This document shows positions 60,214 through 64,000 of a DNA stretch of 64,000 bases, in pieces (positions within the stretch are counted from its first letter, which is position 1; each line of letters begins with the position of its first letter). This stretch comes from Azolla caroliniana (taxonomy: Eukaryota; Plantae; Polypodiophyta): positions 10,168,001-10,232,000 of the forward strand of contig JBHGNT010000011.1 of assembly GCA_043228905.1 (NCBI GenBank), written 5' to 3'. Below the pieces are notes generated by a model. That model had not been told where the DNA came from. It was given only the letters and a program-made list of their open reading frames with translations, and did no database searches. A program made the position numbers and the translations under genes.

Positions 60214-63200
60214 TGTGTTACCCGCCCGGCAAAGGAGCTAAGGACGCCAAGACTAGGGTGTGAAAAGGGGAATTGTTATTTGGGAATCTGTTGTAATTAC
60301 TAGTCTTAATATATTAATATATGAGAAAATGTGGACGGACGGACCGGAATCGGTATGCTGATCCGAATCCGGACCGATCCCGAATAGGTGCCGGTTGGCA
60401 CCGTTTTGTACTTCGCACCGGTGACCTATATAAAGGCCCGGTTACAATGTAATCATCAACGGAGAGTAATATAAACCTTTTGTTAATCATTGAGTATTGT
60501 TCACCGTTCTGTGCTTATTGTATATCTTACGCGTGTTAATGACGTATTGCTAAGTAACCAATTAAGGTCCAATTGAGCGTTGTGTCGTAAGTTATCTCGC
60601 CGTAACACCCTTTTGTGAAGTGTCTTAAGTGGACACCCTGTGTTAGGCTGTTGTTCGGCCCTAAGGATTAACACATGCAAATGCTACAAATAAGTGCAGA
60701 TTTTGTGTGTTATGGGATACAAGCCGTAAGAGGCCAAGATGGGTGCGTATGAACACACTATGAATGAAAAGACTTTGTTTTAAATTGAAGTGGGAGGCAT
60801 TATTTTGGATGTGGTAAATGGGGTCACTTTATGGAAGAATGTCATCGTCATTGTCCTTCAACTATGGAGGTTCCTAATGAAGGGAATGGTAAGGAAGGAT
60901 TTGGGAGAGATGTTCGTGTGTCAGATATGGTGGTTGTTATGGATGAAAGATAATCTAGAGCAGGCTATAAAGAGGTTTCACTTCAAGGTTTGGGCCCTAA
61001 GAATAAGGGAACTTAATCTATGGATATGGAAAAACAGAATTTGGTGGTTATAGATAAGGGGGAAAAACTGTTGGATAGAACTAGTAATTATGTTGTTGTT
61101 GAAAAGGATTGGCATCATGTTAAGGGCAAATCTAAGAGCAAATCAATGAATATGCAACGTAATAGTTTTCCCACTACTCGTGAGACTACTTGGAAAAGTA
61201 ATTCAGGAACTAGGGAGGGTCCTCGAAAAGGTCCTTGGCTTTAGGGATAAGGGATGCCTTCAATTTGATTCATTGGGACGGGTTGTTAATTCATCGAATT
61301 CTCGAGGTTTCCGTCAAGCGGGAGAACCTAAACAAAAGAGTTCGATAGACAACACTAAGGATGTGGTGCATGAAAATCCATATGCAGCATTGGAACATGC
61401 TTTGACTAATTTCATGACATTGGTTGCTCTAAAGGAGCAAGTGCACCCATAACATTGTTGATTGAATGAAAGTGGTAACATGGAATGTGAGAGGGGCATG
61501 TTCTCCTCATAAGAAGTATATATTATGGCAAACTTTGTTAAGTAAAGAATGGGATATATTATGTGTAGTTGAGCATAAGTGTCATGAGTTAGCAAGATCC
61601 ACAGTTCATTTGCGTGGATATTCATCATTCTATGTAGGAAATCTTAATAATCATTATTCAAGTGTGATATTAATTGTGCGGGATAAATATTATCCTCGGG
61701 TGGTGCATAATGATCCTTATGGTCGGTTTTTTGTTCTAGAAATCACTTTTTTTGGTGAGGTTGTGTGGGTGGTTGGGATTTATGCCCCTAACCAAGCCAC
61801 TCAACGTATTGCATTATGGGGCTCACTCTGTCAAACCCTATGTGTGGGCCGCCCAGGATTACTTATGGGTGATTTTAACATGTGTGTTGATGCATCTCAA
61901 TCTACGTTTGAACATTCAATAATGGATGATCCTGAGCAACTTGCTTGGGATTCATTGGCTATGGAGGTTCTGAAGTTGGATGTTTGGACATTGTTGCATG
62001 GGAATGATCTAGGTTTTACTTTCCAATCCGCTCAACATAGACAAACATGGAGTCAGTTAGATAGAATGTATGTGATGCACAATGATTCTTTTTTACCGAC
62101 ATCACTTCGTATGGCCGTTTTACAAGATGTAGGAACTTCATATCACTTTCCTATTTGTTTGGAGTTTTGTGGTCATGCAATTGACATGTATAAATCCTTA
62201 CTTGGAAAGCCTCCTTTACGCTTTACCTCTTCTCTTTTGCTTCAACCTCACTTTGATTCTATCATGGAGCAAATTTTGGTAAATTTTTCACAATAAGTGA
62301 ATCTTAAAGGAGTTAAAGCATGGGATATCACGTAAGAAATATTAAGATCATTCATCGTATGTATGGAGTAACTAATGCTCAACGAAGAAGAGGTATTCTT
62401 CTACAATTCTCACAAGTTCTCTATAGGTGTAATGTGTTATTGATGCGTTCACCATTAGATGAGGAACTCTTGGATATCCAGAGTCAATTGCATGTTATTA
62501 TTTCTCATGTGCAGTGCCAAAGTTATCGTTATGCGAAGATGCGACAATTGAGGGATGGGCTCATAGATAATCAATGTCAATCTCATTTGTTTTTCCAAGC
62601 GTTATATCCTACTTATACTCGATCTAATGTGGTACATGTGAAGCAAGGGGATGAATGGATAGTGGATCCTACTACAATAATTGCCATATGTGTTCATTAC
62701 TTTAAGGAGTTCATTGGCCCACAATTGTTAATGACAAATGAGGTGAGTAGAGCATGTCATGAGTTTTATGATGTGGTTGGATGTGTTGTGCATGACCTCA
62801 TTAGTCATGAATTGGATGCAGATTTCATTGAGGATGAGGTGGACATGGTTTTAAGGCATCTTCCTAGTGGTAAGAGCCCTAATTAGGATGACTTGACAAA
62901 TGAAGTTTTTAAGCGATATTCGAAAATTTTAAAGGGGCCCTTAACTTTGATGTTTCAACATTCTTCGGATTCTGGTTGTATGCCTCAGGCTTGGAAGGTT
63001 GGTCTAATTAAATTAGTTCCAAAGGTGGCATCTCCAAAGTCATTTCATCAATGAAGACTTATTTCTTTGATGGGGGGGTTGTATAAGATATTTATAAAGG
63101 TCTTGGCAAATAGATTACAAAAGTATTTGCCAAAGTTGATACATCCCGCCCAATATGGTTTTATTGCAGGTAGGAATATATTGCATAATGTGTTGAATGT

Positions 63201-64000
63201 TCAAATGGCCATGGATTATGCTCGAAACACTCATCAAGAATTGATTATGGTGCAATTAGATTTGGAGAAAGGTTATGATCATGTTAATTGGTCCTTTGTT
63301 TTTGGGTTAATGTATACAATGGGCTTTGGACCTCGTATGTCTCACCTCATATTTTTATTAGGACAAGATGCAGTGTCTTGAGTCATGCTTAATGGGGGAG
63401 TTACATCACATATTTCCCTTACAAGATCCGTTTGTCAAGGATGCCCTATTAGCCCATTGTTGTTTGCTATTGTTACTCATCCATTGTTAGTGATGCTATC
63501 AAGGCTTGCAACAAATGGTGATATTGTGGGTCTACACCTTCCGTCTGGAGGGCAACTAGTTGCACAAGCTTTGGTAGATGATTCTTTCATGTTTCTACAA
63601 GCCTCAAGAGAGAATCTTGAGAAGGGGATGCTTGTATGGAACCAATTTGCATTGGCTTCCGGATTACATATTAATTGGAGGAAGTCTAGTCTCATATCAT
63701 GTACTGAAAGGGAATTGGAATGTTTAGGATGGCAAGGATCCTTGGTGAAGAAAGGCTCTATTTTTCGACACTTGGGCTATCCATTAGGAATGAATGTTAC
63801 AAATGGTCAATTGATTGAATGGATGTCTAGTAAGTTGAGGGATAAGTTCATGTATTGGAAATCACAATCTTGACCATTTCATGTACGTTTGAAGGTTGTA
63901 CAATGTATTATGGAACCTATGATATTATATTACTTGCCATTGTTGCCATGGACAAAGAAGGCTTTGCATTCTCTTTTGCAACCTCTTCGATATTTGTTGT

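Larger units (their letters stand above)
50630..60673 (+). mobile_element. Full-length 10,044-bp non-chromovirus Ty3/Gypsy (Athila/Tat-related) with an extra 3' ORF; LTRs 50630-51087 and 60216-60673
   Basis: 458-bp LTRs TGTTA...TAACA with about 13 differences by manual count. TSD CATGC (50625-50629 and 60674-60678). PBS TGGCGACCACG. Order gag-PR-RT-RH-INT. Confidence 0.97.
49903..64000 (+). mobile_element. Decayed L1-clade LINE: ORF1 49926-50629 + 60679-61452 (split by a Gypsy), ORF2 61466 to beyond 64000
   Basis: ORF1 has an RRM/DUF4283-like segment (GSRGFYDVVF) and a knuckle (GCGKWGHFMEEC). ORF2 has APE motifs (TWNVRG, GIYAPN, MGDFN, SQLDRMY) and RT motifs (QYGFIAGR, LDLEKGYD, QGCPISP, LVDD). 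Confidence 0.93.

Overview
Eukaryotic, TE-dense plant DNA, most consistent with a large-genome non-seed plant such as a fern (inferred from the element lineages and the heavy C>T decay). There is one host gene, a 7-exon cytosolic-type histidyl-tRNA synthetase (29313-33737, +, about 503 aa). Everything else is nested and mostly decayed mobile DNA: two complete Ty1/Copia copies with LTRs and TSDs, several partial Copia elements, two Tcn1-like chromoviruses (one complete and apparently self-priming) plus a probably related solo LTR, a complete 10-kb non-chromovirus Ty3/Gypsy inserted in an L1 LINE, the 5' end of a relative of that Gypsy, a non-L1 LINE, a hAT-type MITE and a possible Sola-like transposase relic. 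Two signals stand out. (1) The 10-kb Gypsy has no polypurine tract next to its 3' LTR. In its place is a sense copy of a tRNA-Arg 3' end, including CCA, 2 nt from the LTR, which suggests tRNA or tRNA-mimic priming of both strands. (2) Three different LTR families carry tRNA-like A-box/B-box cassettes with conserved 43-44 nt spacing near one LTR end, antisense at the U3 start where orientation is known. All coordinates were read by hand, and family and tRNA assignments come from recalled motifs rather than database searches.
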